Counted from the first letter of the stretch, positions 27,392-41,020 are shown. The stretch: 64,000 nucleotides of DNA from Macrostomum lignano (GCA_002269645.1 NIVC01001474.1:165807-229806); one strand, 5' to 3'. Notes: generated by a model from the letters alone, not told the origin. Translations and numbers: made by a program.

Positions 27392-30300
27392 TCAAAGATA
27401 GTACTGACAGTAGTCAGCATAGGCCAGTCTAGCTAGCACTGGCAGGCCAAGCACAAGGCAGAGCCAAACGAAAGCATTGTTGCCGAATCTGATGCAGGCG
27501 GCATCCAGAATGGGCAGCACGATGGCCACAGTGAGCAGAGGCCACGGCTGGGGCGATCGAAGCACTGCGGACACAACCAGCTGGGCCAGGAGAGCCCAGG
27601 CTAGACTAGGCAGATTGAATTCCGCTGCGGATGGCCACACAGACGTCAGCAGGTTGGTCAGGCTTGAAGCATTCCACCAGAGTCGCTTGGTTTGAGTTAG
27701 TTTGCTACTGATAGTAGTGTCCTCAGCTGAGGATTTCTGCTGTTGAAATCATTTGTTTAGGTGGAAAATGAGTTTTTTTTACGTTTCTTTAAGTGGAATT
27801 TTTTAATTTCAATAATTAACATAGAAAGGCATTTCCTAAATAACTTTTACAGGCGATTCCTAAATGACGTCAAAGGGCGATTCCAAAATAACTTCAAAGG
27901 GCGATTCCAAAATAACTTCAAAGGGCGATTCCTAAATAACTTCAATGGCCGATTTCTAAATAACTTCAATGGCCGATTTCTAAATAACTTCAAAAGGTGA
28001 TTCCTGAAAAACTTCAAAGGGCGATTCCTAAATAACTTCAAAAGGTGATTCTTAAATAACTTCAAAAGGTGATTCCTAAATAACTTCAAAAGGTGATTCT
28101 TAAATAACTTCAAAGGGCGATTCCTAAATAACTTCAAAGGGCGATTCCTAAATAACTTCAAAAGGTGATTCCTGAAAAACTTCAAAGGGCGATTCCTAAA
28201 TAACTTCAAAAGGTGATTCCTGAAAAACTTCAAAGGGCGATTCCTAAATAACTTCAAAGGGTGATTCCTAAATAACTTCAAAGGGCGATTCCTAAATAAC
28301 TTCAAAGGGTGATTCCTAAATAACTTCAAAGGGCGATTCCTAAATAACTTCAAAGGGCGATTTCTAAATAACTTCAAAGGGCGATTCCTAAATAACTTCA
28401 AAGGGTGATACCTAAATAACTTCAAAGGGCGATTCCTAAATAACTTCAAAGGGTGATACCTAAATAACTTCAAAGGGTGATTCCTGAAAAACTTCAAAGG
28501 GCGATTCCTAAATAACTTCAAAAGGTGATTCCTAAATAACTTCAAAGGGTGATTCTTAAATAACTTCAAAGGGTGATTCCTAAAAATCTTAAAAGCTTAC
28601 ACTAAACTTAGAAACGAACAATGAAAAGCTAAAAATAAAGAAATAGCACTTACAAAGTCACTGCCAGACTGAAAGCAGAAATCCAACAGTTTCAGAATCC
28701 GATCCATTGCCGCTCCTGCAGCCAAGCAGACGGCAATAACAGGAGGCGACAGGCGCAGTTGCCTCTCAACCATCACCAGCCAGCAGGGCGCATTGTACTC
28801 GTAGCTATTAGCAGCTGGATCAGATGAGGCGGCAGCTAGAGAAGGCATTAACCACTGCTGAGTCAGAGCCACTATAGCAACTAATAGTCCCGCTAGTTGA
28901 GCAAAGCCAATTAGCAGCATTCTGTTGACACTGACAACCCGAAGTTGAACGAGTTGCCTGGCAATGCGCTGACGCTGCAGGTGCAAATTGGTCAGCTTGA
29001 GGAACAGAGCCACACTGATTGACATTCCTGCGAAGCCGACAACTGTTGAAGCGGGGATAGCGAGACGGAGGGTTATATTACACCTGAGTTCATGGGGTGC
29101 ATCAACACACCTGGGTTTATATGAGGTGCATTAACACACCTGGGTTTTATATGGGGTGCATTAACACACCTGGGTTTTATGGGGTGCATTAACACACCTG
29201 GGTTTTATATGGGGTGCATTAACACACCTGGGTTTTATATGGGGTGCATTAACACACCTGGGTTTTATATGGGGTGCATTAACACACCTGGGTTTTATAT
29301 GGGGTGCATTAACACACTTGGGTTTTATATGGGGTGCATTAACACACTTGGGTTTTATATGGGGTGCATTAACACACCTGGGTTTTATATGGGGTGCATT
29401 AACACACTTGGGTTTTATATGGGGTGCATTAACACACCTGGGTTTTATATGGGGTGCATTAACACACCTGGGTTTTATATGGGGTGCATTAACACACCTG
29501 GGTTTTATATGGGGTGCATTAACACACCTGGGTTTTATATGGGGTGCATTAACGCACCTGGGTTTCATGGGGTGCATTAACACACCTGGGTTTATATCGG
29601 GTGCATTAACGCACCTGGGTTTTATATAACACACCTGGGTTTTAAGGGGTGCATTAACGCACCTGGGTTTATATGGGGTGCATTAACGCACCTGGGTTTT
29701 AAGGGGTGCATTAACGCACCTGGGTTTATATGGGGTGCATTAACACACCTGGGTTTTATAAGGGGTACATTAACGCACCTAGGTTTTATAAAACACACCT
29801 GGGTTTTAAGGGTTTTAAGGAGTGCATTAACACACCAGGGTTTTAAGGGTACAGCGAAGTATTTCAAAAAAGCTTTCAATCAAGGTATTCAAGGCTGCTC
29901 ATAACACAGTACTCAACCCAAGTTTAAAGGTAATAGGAAATACTCACTGGGCGAAGGCCTAGACCACAGCACAATGCAAGCAGGAGCCACCAGAAGCAGA
30001 CAGACACTGCTGGCCACTCCGAGCCTCCGATAGCCAGAAGAAGCGGCAAAAGCAGACGCATTCAGAGCGGCAAAAGCAACGCAGACCAGGCCGGCAATGC
30101 AGGCTGGACCGCCTCCAACAGCCAGGCAGCTAAGAGGATTTCCAGCCAGAGGGCCGTATCTTAGATGGGACTCTAACAGACAGCGAGCGATGCACATCGA
30201 TAGAAGGATTAGCAATGGGCTTAGTAGGCCTCTGAAAGCGCCTCTGCTTTGGCCTAATTGGCCTGGCCGACTTAGCAGACTGTCTGCTGGACTGTGGATC

Positions 30301-31776
30301 TGCCGACGCCTGGAAGCATTTCCAGCAGGGAAGAGATGCGTCAGGTGAACTATTGAGTATGTTGATATTCAATTAATGGGATTTAATTTAAGATTTCATT
30401 TAAGGTTGTTTAAGCATGTAAATTAAAAGCAAGCCCAGGTCTTTGGATTTTTGTACAGATTGTAAAATCGAATTATAATTTTAAGATAAGTAAAGCAAAT
30501 TTGAGCATTATCTAAATTAGCCTGTAACCTAGGTCCTAGATTTGATACTTGAGACAGAAGATACCACCTGAGAGAGTAGATACCACCTGAGACAGTAGAT
30601 ACCACCTGAGAAACAGTAGATACCACCTGAGAAACAGTAGATACCACCTGAGAGACAGTAGATACCACCTGAAAAACAGTAGATACCACTTGAGAGACAG
30701 TAGAGGTCACCTAAGAGACAGTAGATACCACCTGAGAGACAGTAGATGTCACCTAAGAGACAGTAGCTAACCATCTGAGAGACAGTAGATACCATCTGAG
30801 AGACAGTAGATACCATCTGAGAGACAGTAGATCCCAGCTAAGAGACAGTAGCTACCATCTGAGAGACAGTAGATTATGTAGATACCATCTGAGAGACAGT
30901 AGATACCATCTGAGAGACAGTAGATGTCACCTAAGAGACAGTAGCTAACCATCTGAGAGACAGTAGATACCATCTGAGAGACAGTAGATCCCAGCTAAGA
31001 GACAGTAGCTACCATCTGAGAGACAGTAGATTATGTAGATACCATCTGAGAGACAGTAGATACCACCTAAGAGACAGTTGCTACCATCTGAGAGACAGTA
31101 GATACCATCTAAGAGACAGTAGCTACCATCTGAGAGACAGTAGCTACCACCTAAGATAAGAGACAGTACTTAGATACCTCTGGCACCCTGGTTTTAATTT
31201 AAGTTTGGCATCCTAAATTCGAACACAGGTAACTAGTGATCTGTCCTAGGTTTTAAAAGATGGAATACAGCAATGCTGATTGCTGAGTAGGACTTGCTTC
31301 ATTAGCAACAACAGACTACACATATTAATTAGGCCAACTAACCCATCTTGATCTTCCGGTACGCTTTGCTGCTCCCAGTCGCATTTCAGCCACGCCAGCA
31401 ACTGCCTACCAACTATACCAGCAGCATTGGCTAGGGCAGACGATTTCACAATCGATTTTGCACGACTCCTCAAATCGATGTTTAGATAGGACCGACGACT
31501 CAAAGTAGACACCGAATCGAACGAATTTGAACGCCTATGACGACGCTTCGGTCGAGAACGTTCAATAACGGTTGACGCAGCGGCGCTACTTGATGTAGAA
31601 TTCGAAGGCTTAGAAGATTTTTCCGGTGTTTCATCAAGGACATTCTTCTTTGGCTGAGCAAGTTTAGTAGAGCTCAGAAGGCGATAATGCGAAGGCGACA
31701 GAGCAACAGCAGTCGATCCTTCATCATTAGCGTGAACCAAAGGCGCCACGGCTATAATACCGCTGGTGAGATGCAT
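27392..31776 (-). CDS. DGAT1: Highly divergent DGAT1-like MBOAT membrane protein, 4 exons, ~510 aa, probably catalytically inactive
   Basis: Exons 31776-31343, 30309-29948, 29042-28654, 27739-27392 (phases 2, 1, 0 consistent; 1533 nt). Collinear DGAT1-like blocks: IHSPADSLLS, FRGLLSPLLILLSMCIARCLLESHLRYG, LFLKL, QQWLMP, VERQLRL, WWN, FGNNAFVWLCLVLGLPVLARLAYADY. Assignment is by recalled alignment to human DGAT1. Confidence 0.75.
27835..28585. repeat. 24-bp minisatellite (DGAT1-like intron 3)
   Basis: Unit ttcctaaataacttcaaagggcga. Confidence 0.95.
29090..29845. repeat. 30-bp minisatellite (DGAT1-like intron 2)
   Basis: Unit ggggtgcattaacacacctgggttttatat. Confidence 0.95.
30552..31170. repeat. 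~21-23-bp minisatellite (DGAT1-like intron 1)
   Basis: Unit gagacagtagatacca(c/t)ctga. Confidence 0.92.
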
Positions 31777-33044
31777 CGAAATGATGTGTTTCTATATTTT
31801 ACTGACAAACTGACGACAGACCTGCCTTCGCTTGATCTATTTGGAAGGAACGCAAGAGTCTCAAGTGTGATTTATATACTCCTTTTACTGTGCCCAATCC
31901 AAGGGGAGTAGGCAGACGCTAACCAAGGCCAATACCTACAGACTGACTGACTTGGCTTAAGGAAACAAGCACGCAGCAGAGGGGTGGCCGGCGGCGTGGG
32001 CTGTGCGTGGCATCGCGTGCTATATTTAGAAACAGACTAAAAACGGGAATCCCCCTACAAGTAGACATAGGGGTTTTGAAATGACCTAGAAATAGAAACC
32101 CCCGTCCAGTCGCGCACGCGTGAAGGTCACGCTATGGCTGCGTGGCACATGCTATCCTAGTTAAAATTCTGGGAATTTCGTCATTCTTGCGTTTAGGCTC
32201 GGTTGCGTGTTTTGGCGGCAATGGGTTTTTCACTTGTTTATGTACACATCAATCATTCCTATTCTGCGTGGCTTGGCTTCAACCCTCGGGACTGGCGTGC
32301 TAACTGCGTGATTGTAAATCGATTACATAAAACGAGTACGACCAGATCTTATTTTCTCTTATCTACTTAGCTTAGCTAGCTAGCTTATACCATTCATGTT
32401 CACGTCTCGCTCACGCATCAAATGCATGCGGAGACCAAAATATTAAGTTATAAACCCAGTCAGTGGGACAGAGTTATATGATTTACCGATACTGTACATA
32501 AAAACTTTCAAACTTGTAAAAGTCCAGTAGATATAGAAAACTAGTTTTGTACTTTTTTCTCTCTTTTACTAAGTTAACCTTGACCGCGAGGACCTGTTTT
32601 GATTTGAAACACAGCTGAGAGTGGCACCGAGGTGATAACAGCCTCAAATTAAAATTGCAATGGCACCCCCACCCCTCAAGTGACACGCGTGTGTAGCTCG
32701 TAATAAACAGATAACAACTAGACTGGAGATTAAAATCGCTCTCTAAGTGAAGTGACTGACTGACTGCCCTTCTTGCTAGTGAAAGACTAATTGTCACCGC
32801 ACTGAGTTGACAACATAAAGCTAACGCTGATGGAAAATTTCCTTACTAGATTAGATAATACCCTGTTTGATTATGAAGACTATTTATAGGTAGACAGTAC
32901 TTGGCCAGACACAAACAAAATTAAGATAAGGCCAGGTCCTAACTGCTGATTAAGGCTAGGTGGATAGATAAAACATAATGACACGGACAGACAGAATTGA
33001 GACAATAAATTAAGAAACAAGCAATAACAACTCACATTAAACGT

Positions 33045-33068
33045 GAGAGAGAGGAGGAGACAAGAGAG

Positions 33069-33115
<47 letters not shown>

Positions 33116-33780
33116 AGGGAGACAGGGGACAAGAGATGGTGGCAGAAGACCAGAGGAAGGCAGGAGACTAGTGAGGGAGACAGGAGATAAGAAATGGAGA
33201 CAGGAGACAAGAGATAAAGGCAGGGACAAGAGAGCAAGGCAGGAGACAAGAGAGGGAGACAGGAGACAAGAGATAAAGGTAGGGGACAAGAGAGGAAGGC
33301 AGGAGACAAGAGAGGGAGACAGGGGACAAGAGAGGGAGGCAGGGGACAAGAGATAAAGGTAGGGGACAAGAGAGGAAGGCAGGAGACAAGAGAGGGAGAC
33401 AGGGGACAAGAGAGGGAGACAGGGGACAAGAGAGGGAGACAGGGGACAAGAGATAAAGGCAGGGGACAAGAGAGGGAGACAGGAGATAAGAGAGGGAGAC
33501 AGGGGACAAGAGAGGGAGACAGGGGACAAGAGATGGAGGCAGGGGACAGGAGAGGGAGACAGGGGACAAGAGAGGGAGACAGGAGATAAAAGAGGGAGAC
33601 AGGAGATAAGAGAGGGAGACAGGGGACAAGAGATGGAGGCAGGGGACAATAGAGGGAGACAGGAGACAAGAGAGGGAGACAGGAGACAAGAGATAAAGAC
33701 AGGAGACAAGAGATAAAGACAGGGGACAAGAGAGGGAGACAGGAGACCAGAGATGGAGACAGGAGATAAGCGGGGAGACA
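33045..33780. repeat. (GA)n plus 22-bp purine-rich minisatellite between MICU1 and the DGAT1-like gene
   Basis: Unit agagagggagacaggggacaag. Confidence 0.92.
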
Positions 33781-34291
33781 GTATCAATGTTTAGCACAAT
33801 GTTTATCCCTGTAGCCAGGGATAGTAACTACCTAGCAAGGAATACAAATAAAAGTACACCAAGAACTACAATTTCAGTATCAACTACAGGGACATTATCC
33901 GGTAAATTGTTTCTGTGTATTTTGTTTTATAAATTGAAAACAAAAACAAAATAGTAATAAAATGGGTAAGAACTTAGAAGCAAAAAGCCGCCATCAGATT
34001 CTAAGAAAAGGCGCTGACTAAACAGCGAATTGAAAAAATAACTATATTGGCCAGTAGTGAGGAGGACTCAAAAAACTCACAGACAATGAATGGGAAGATA
34101 CCTATGATAAAATTAGCCGATTATGTAAAAATATAAATATAAATACTTGTTTGCATATAACAGTATTAATACCAATGGATTCATTGCACAGTATTTTAGC
34201 TCACTAGCTATGCAGCTGTCTGGTTAAAATTAAAGCTTAAAATAAATTGAATGAGAGTCTATAATAAGCGGCTTATATTCAAAATCATAAA

Positions 34292-37200
34292 TCAACGATT
34301 GCCACCTCTGATCCAATCGAACACCTGCTCCTGAGCACAGCTGCTCAGGGCGGACAGCATTCGAATAGCTCCGGTGTCCATCGATTTATCCAGACCGCGA
34401 GACAGCCGGTGCTTCATCACCGATACGAATTCTTTGTTGCTGAGGTACCCGTCGCCGTCTTCGTCAAACAGGACAAAGACGACGTCCAGTAGGTGACTGT
34501 CCAGCTCGATACCCGCCACGGTAACAGCCATGTGCCGAAAAGTGGCCTTGTCGATAGAGGCGCCAGCTGTCCATTTAGAGTTGAAAAATGAAAATAAATT
34601 TAATCAAAATGTCTGTTTAAAATTGCTTATTGAAGTTACTGAGGATCTGGGAGGCTGGCCCAGCAGCTGAGGATCTGGGAGGCTGGTCCAGCAACTGAGG
34701 ATCTGGGAGGCTGGCAGCCCAGCGACTGAGGATCTGGGAGGCTGGTCCAGCAACTGAGGATCTGGGAGGTTGGCTCAGCAACTGAGGATCTGGGAGGTTG
34801 GCCCAGCAACTGAGGATCTGGGAGGCTGGTCCAGCAACTGAGGATCTGGGAGGCTGGTCCAGCAACTGAGGATCTGGGAGGCTGGTCCAGCAACTGAGGA
34901 TCTGGGAGGCTGGCAGCCCAGCGACTGAGGATCTGGGAGGCTGGTCCAGCAACTGAGGATCTGGGAGGTTGGCCCAGCAACTGAGGATCTGGGAGGTTGG
35001 CCCAGCAACTGAGGATCTGGGAGGCTGGTCCAGCAACTGAGGATCTGGGAGGCTGGCAGCCCAGCGACTGAGGATCTGGGAGGCTGGTCCAGCAGCTGAG
35101 GATCTGGGAGGCTGGTCCAGCAACTGAGGATCTGGGAGGCTGGCAGCCCAGCGACTGAGGATCTGGGAGGCTGGTCCAGCAACTGAGGATCTGGGAGGTT
35201 GGCCCAGCAACTGAGGATCTGGGAGGTTGGCCCAGCAACTGAGGATCTGGGAGGCTGGTCCAGCAACTGAGGATCTGGGAGGCTGGTCCAGCAACTGAGG
35301 ATCTGGGAGGCTGGCAGCCCAGCAACTGAGGATCTGGGAGGCTGGCCCAGCAGAAACTAAGGATCTGGGAGGCTGGCCCAGCAGAAACTGAGGATCTGGG
35401 AGGCTGGCCAGTAACTGGGAATGTGGGAGGCTGGCCCAGCAGCTGAGGATCTGGGAGGGCAGCAGAGAAGCTCAAGGAGACGCTGAGGCGAGCTCACAGA
35501 TGTGGTGAAACGTGAGCGCGGTGTCCACATCAGCGATGGACTTCAGCAGGCGGGAGAACTCGGCGTACTGCTTGAACGAGATGCCCCTGGCGCCGCCAGA
35601 GCCGAATGCCTCTCGAACGCGGCGCAGCATTCTGCGCTTTTTAATGTCCGGGAAACCGGCGTAAGCGATGAGGAGGCGAGCGAAGCTGAGCTCGGTGATG
35701 CAGTCGCGCTGATCTGGCCGGTAGCGATCGAACTCGATTCGATTCAGCTCGCGTTGTAGTCGGGCCTGGACGAGAAATAAAATCGATTGGTTGATTTATG
35801 CAATATGATTTTAATAATGACTGATCATTCTTTGACAGCTATAGTCGCATCGGAGTCATAATTCTCGACATAATTCTCGGGACCGAAACAATGCATTGCA
35901 CTGCATCAGATATGATTCAATAATGACTCAGATCCGTTAGATGTGACTCACTACTGACCCAGGTGTGACTCACTACTGACCCAAGTGTGACTCGCTACTG
36001 AACCAGGTGTGACTCACTACTGACCCAGGTGTGACTCACTACTGACCCAGGTGTGACTCACTAGTGACCCAGGTGTGACTCACTACTGACCCAGGTGTAA
36101 CACACTACTGACCCAGGTGTGACTCACTAGTGACCCAGGTGTGACTCACTACTGACCCAGGTGTGACTCACTACTGACCCAGGTGTGACTCGCTACTGAA
36201 CCAGGTGTGACTCACTACTAAAGAGTTAATTGTGGCTCATCAATGACTCACTGAGATGTGACTCATGACTCAACTATTGATTCCGTAGCAATCAAAAAAT
36301 GCTTGTAGATACACGGGACCAGAGGTGCAATTCTAGCTGCATTAAAGCCAGTTAGATTTCAACTATCTAACAGAACTGCACACTGAACACCAACCTGAAA
36401 GTCCAGCATCCGAGCAATGCTCAGCAATCCATGACCAGATTGGCCAAAAAAGTAACACGCCAAGGCGGAGTTCAATTCGGGTTTCAGCGTACTGCCAGTC
36501 ACGCTGTGATCCCGGTGACGCTTGCCAACATTGGTCTGGTCGCGAAGGATTGTCTGAAGATTAAGACAAGGGTTATGGGTGTGCGCAGGGCTCCTTTAGG
36601 CCCTAACAGAGATTCAATCTTAAACCTGTTTAATTACCAACACATTTTTGGTTATTAGTGACACCTCAAGTTAATCCTTGGTAATACATGAAGCCTATTA
36701 CTGGTAATACCTGAAGTCTGTTGCTGGTAATACCTGAAGCTCATTACTGGTAATACCCGAAGTCTATTACTGGTAATACCTGAAGTCTATTGCTGGTAAT
36801 ACCGCAAGCTACGAGTACATACATAGGCTACCTGAAGTTTATTTTATGCGCCATCTGAAGCCAAGTTTGACACTTCAAAGACTTCTATTCTCGTAATTAT
36901 CTCAGCAAAAAATAGCAAAATTTACTAGTTATACTACTGATAAGAAAGAAAGTTTTCTCAGAGACAAACCTGCACGTGCATAAAGTCGTCAATATCCAAA
37001 TTCCCGTCCGCATTGGAGTCGAACATGCGAAAAGCAATCTCAAATTGCCTGGGCGGAGTGCTAAGCACGGTGAGTAGGAATATGTAGTCACTAAACGAGA
37101 TTAAAGCTTCGTTGCCGAGAGTTCGAAATACTGAATCTCGAGGTCGAAGTTCGAACAGGCGAGCCGGCTTCTCAATTGCCGGGTCGTAGCGTTCGAAGGA

Positions 37201-39421
37201 ATCGAGCCCGAGACCTTCGGGTTGACGAACACCCGGAGTCAGGCTGCGAACAAAATCTGCCGGAGTCATGAATATCTGAGGGGACGGATTGTGAGCGCAT
37301 GAGGGACTTGAAGTCTTAGTTTGGGGATTCGGGAACCCCTAAAACCTGGGGATCTGGGAAATCCCAAAACATGAAGGTCTGGAAAACCCAAAAAACCTGA
37401 GGATCTGGGAAATCCCAAAACCTGAGGATCTGGGAAATCCCAAAACTTGAGAATCTGGGAAATCCCAAAGCCTGAAAATCTGGGAAACTCCAAAGCCTGA
37501 GGATCTGGGAAATCCCAAAACTTGAGAATCTGGGAAATCCGAAAACCTGAGAATCTGGGAAATCCCAAAGCCTGAGAATCTGGGAAACTCCCAAAACCTA
37601 AGGATCTGGGAAATCCCCAGAAGACCTGAGGATCTGGGAAAACCCAAACCCGAGATCTGGGAAATCCTAAAACCTGAGAATCTGGGAAACCCCAAAACCT
37701 AAAATCTGGGAAATCCCAAAACCTAAAATCTGGGAAATCCCAAAACCTAAAATCTGGGTAATCCTAAAACATGAAGGTCTGGGAAACCCCAAAAACCTGA
37801 GAATCTGGGAAATTCCAAAACCTGAGAATCTGGGAAATCCCAAAGCCTGAGAATCTGGGAAACTCCAAAGCCTGAGGATCTGGGAAATCCCAAAACTTGA
37901 GAATCTGGGAAATCCGAAAACCTGAGAATCTGGGAAATCCCAAAGCCTGAGAATCTGGGAAACTCCCAAAACCTAAGGATCTGGGAAATCCCCAGAAGAC
38001 CTGAGGATCTGGGAAAACCCAAACCCGAGATCTGGGAAATCCTAAAACCTGAGAATCTGGGAAACCCCAAAACCTAAAATCTGGGAAATCCCAAAACCTA
38101 AAATCTGGGAAATCCCAAAACCTAAAATCTGGGTAATCCTAAAACATGAAGGTCTGGGAAACCCCAAAAACCTGAGAATCTGGGAAATTCCAAAACCTGA
38201 GAATCTGGGAAATCCCAAAGCCTGAGAATCTGGGAAACTCCAAAGCCTGAGGATCTGGGAAATCCCAAAACTTGAGAATCTGGGAAATCCCAAAACCTGA
38301 GGACCTGGGAAATCCCAAAGCCTGAGAATCTGGGAAACTCCCAAAACCTAAGGATCTGGGAAATCCCCAGAAGACCTGAGGATCTGGGAAAACCCAAACC
38401 CGAGATCTGGGAAATCCTAAAACCTGAGAATCTGGGAAACCCCAAAACCTAAAATCTGGGAAATCCCAAAACCTAAAATCTGGGAAATCCCAAAACCTAA
38501 AATCTGGGTAATCCTAAAACATGAAGGTCTGGGAAACCCCAAAAACCTGAGAATCTGGGAAATTCCAAAACCTGAGAATCTGGGAAATCTTAAAATCTGA
38601 GAATCTGGGAAATCCTAAAACCTGAGAATCTGGGAAACTCCCCAAAGCCTTAGGATCTGGGAAATCCCAAAACCTGAGGATCTGGGAACTTCCCAAAACC
38701 TGAGGATCTGGGAACTTCCCAAAACCTGAGGATCTGGGAAATCCCCAGAAGACCCGAGGATCTGGAAAAACCCAAACCCGAGATCTGGGAAATCCTAAAA
38801 CCTGAGAATCTGGGAAACCCCAAAACCTGAGAATCTGGAAAATCCCAAAACCTGAGAGTCCGAGAAACGCAAAATAACCCGAGGACGTGGGATTTTCAAA
38901 CAGAAGCAAAAGAAATCCCAATCACTAACAGTGGTGTTGCCATCAGAATCAACAGTCTGCAGCGTGGCAAAGTAGCGAAATATTTTGTCTGGCGTGCTGT
39001 AAGCTCGGATTCGGTCCTCGTAAGCGATTATTCGTCGCTCGCGAAAGCCCAGCCTCTTTCGCTTCGAAGCGGCAGCCTCATTATTGGTTACATTTTCGTC
39101 CTCTTTAGACAGTTCCTTGGCCTGAACAACTGGACGAAAAGCGAGGACAAGACCGCCAAAAGTTACAGCTGCAACAGTGGCGGCGGCCAACCCCAGACCC
39201 GTTCGCCTTGGCCTTTGATCTTTGCCGCCGCAGTAATTGGCAGTGTCCTCAGTCCCGCCACTATCGGCATTGGCATATTGACTCCTAATTGGCGATGAGT
39301 GGCAAAATTTAATCGGCTGCCTATTGATTATCGAGATAATTGCGCCTATTTGATTAAATAATTTATTCTGACCGCGTGCAGAGGCAGCCGTAGCCGCGGT
39401 AACTTTTATGAGGCCGCGCAT
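34292..39421 (-). CDS. MICU1: Mitochondrial calcium uptake protein 1, 5 exons, ~499 aa
   Basis: Exons 39421-38930, 37275-36970, 36553-36395, 35765-35498, 34566-34292 (1500 nt). GFRERRIIAYEDRIRAYSTPDKIFRYFATL, IFMTPADFVRSLTPG, ISFSDYIFLLTVLSTP, EF-hands DSNADGNLDIDD and DEDGDGYLSNKE, conserved C-terminal Cys, presequence-like N-terminus. Confidence 0.95.
34640..35460. repeat. 28-bp minisatellite (MICU1 intron 4)
   Basis: Unit ctgaggatctgggaggctggtccagcaa. Confidence 0.95.
35945..36215. repeat. 22-bp minisatellite (MICU1 intron 3)
   Basis: Unit gtgtgactcactactgacccag. Confidence 0.92.
36680..36835. repeat. 23-bp minisatellite (MICU1 intron 2)
   Basis: Unit ctggtaatacctgaagtctatta, degenerate. 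Confidence 0.8.
37335..38880. repeat. ~25-bp minisatellite with a 375-bp higher-order duplication (MICU1 intron 1)
   Basis: Unit aatctgggaaatcccaaaacctgag; near-identical ORF pairs 37667/38042 and 37747/38122 are offset by 375 bp. Confidence 0.93.
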
Positions 39422-39544
39422 GAAATAATAAATAGGCCGCAAGATTATTATTACGGTTTATGAGCATTATAATAATGGGGAGTAAGGCACGGTTCTCTTA
39501 TCGCCCTGTACAAATTGAAGTCGATTACCTGATACCTACCCATC

Positions 39545-41020
39545 CAGAGCCTGTACAGTTACTTTCTTATTCATCTAGAGCCTCTACAGTCTCTTTCTCA
39601 TCCATCTAGAGCCTCTACTGTCAGTTTCTCATCCATCTAGAGCATCTATAGTCCCTTTCTTATCCATCTAGAGCCTCTACTGTCAGTTTCTCATCCATCT
39701 AGAGCATCTATAGTCCCTTTCTTATCCATCTAGAGCCTCTACTGTCAGTTTCTCATTCATCAGAGCCTCTACTGTCAGTTTCTCATCCATCTAGAGCCTC
39801 TACTGTCAGTTTCTCATCCATCTAGAGCCTCTACTGTCAGTTTCTCATCCATCTAGAGCCTCTACTGTCAGTTTCTCATCCATCTAGAGCCTCTATAGTC
39901 CCTTTCTCATCCATCTAGAGCCTCTACTGTCAGTTTCTCATCCATCTAGAGCCTCTATAGTCCCTTTCTCATCCATCTAGAGCCTCTACTGTCAGTTTCT
40001 CATTCATCAGAGCCTCTACTGTCAGTTTCTCATCCATCTAGAGCCTCTACTGTCAGTTTCTCATCCATCTAGAGCCTCTACTGTCAGTTTCTCATCCATC
40101 TAGAGCCTCTATAGTCCCTTTCTCATCCATCTAGAGCCTCTACTGTCAGTTTCTCATTCATCAGAGCCTTTATAGTCCCTTTCTCATCCATCTAGAGCCT
40201 CTACTGTCAGTTTCTCATCCATCTAGAGCCTTTATAGTCCCTTTCTCATCCATCTAGAGCCTCTACTGTCAGTTTCTCATCCATCTAGAGCCTCAACTGT
40301 CAGTTTCTCATCCATCTAGAGCCTCTACTGTCAGTTTCTCATCCATCTAGAGCCTCTAATGTCATTTTCTCATCGTTCAAAAGCCTCTACAGTCTTTTTC
40401 TTATCCATCTAGAGCCTGTATTGTCAGTTTCTCATCCATCTAAAGCCTCTATAGTCCCTTTCTCATCCATCTAGAGCCTCTACTGTCAGTTTCTCATCCA
40501 TCTAGAGCCTTTATAGTCCCTTTCTCATCCATCTAGAGCCTCTACTGTCAGTTTCTCATCCATCTAGAGCCTCTACTGTCAGTTTCTCATCCATCTAGAG
40601 CCTCTACTGTCAGTTTCTCATCCATCTAGAGCCTCTACTGTCATTTTCTCATCGTTCAAAAGCCTCTACAGTCTTTTTCTTATCCATCTAGATCCTGTAT
40701 TGTCAGTTTCTCATCCATCTAAAGCCTCTATAGTCCCTTTCTCATCCATCTAGAGCCTCTACTGTCAGTTTCTCATCCATCTAGAGCCTTTATAGTCCCT
40801 TTCTCATCCATCTAGAGCCTCTACTGTCAGTTTCTCATCCATCTAGAGCCTCTACTGTCAGTTTCTCATCCATCTAGAGCCTCTACTGTCATTTTCTTAT
40901 CCATCTAGAGCCTCTATTGTCAGTTTCTCATCCATCTAAAGCCTCTATAGTCCCTTTCTCATTTATCATCAATCTTCCCTCTCCATAGTCCCTTTCTCAT
41001 TTATCTAGAGTCTCTATAGT
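39545..41020. repeat. 31-bp minisatellite between the zinc-finger gene and MICU1
   Basis: Unit tctagagcctctactgtcagtttctcatcca. Confidence 0.95.

Noticed and set aside
33032-35475. Long repetitive ORFs (LSPVSLSC..., PDPQLLDQPPRSS...)
   Set aside because: They lie in 22-bp and 28-bp minisatellites, are open in several frames and sit within a spacer or intron.
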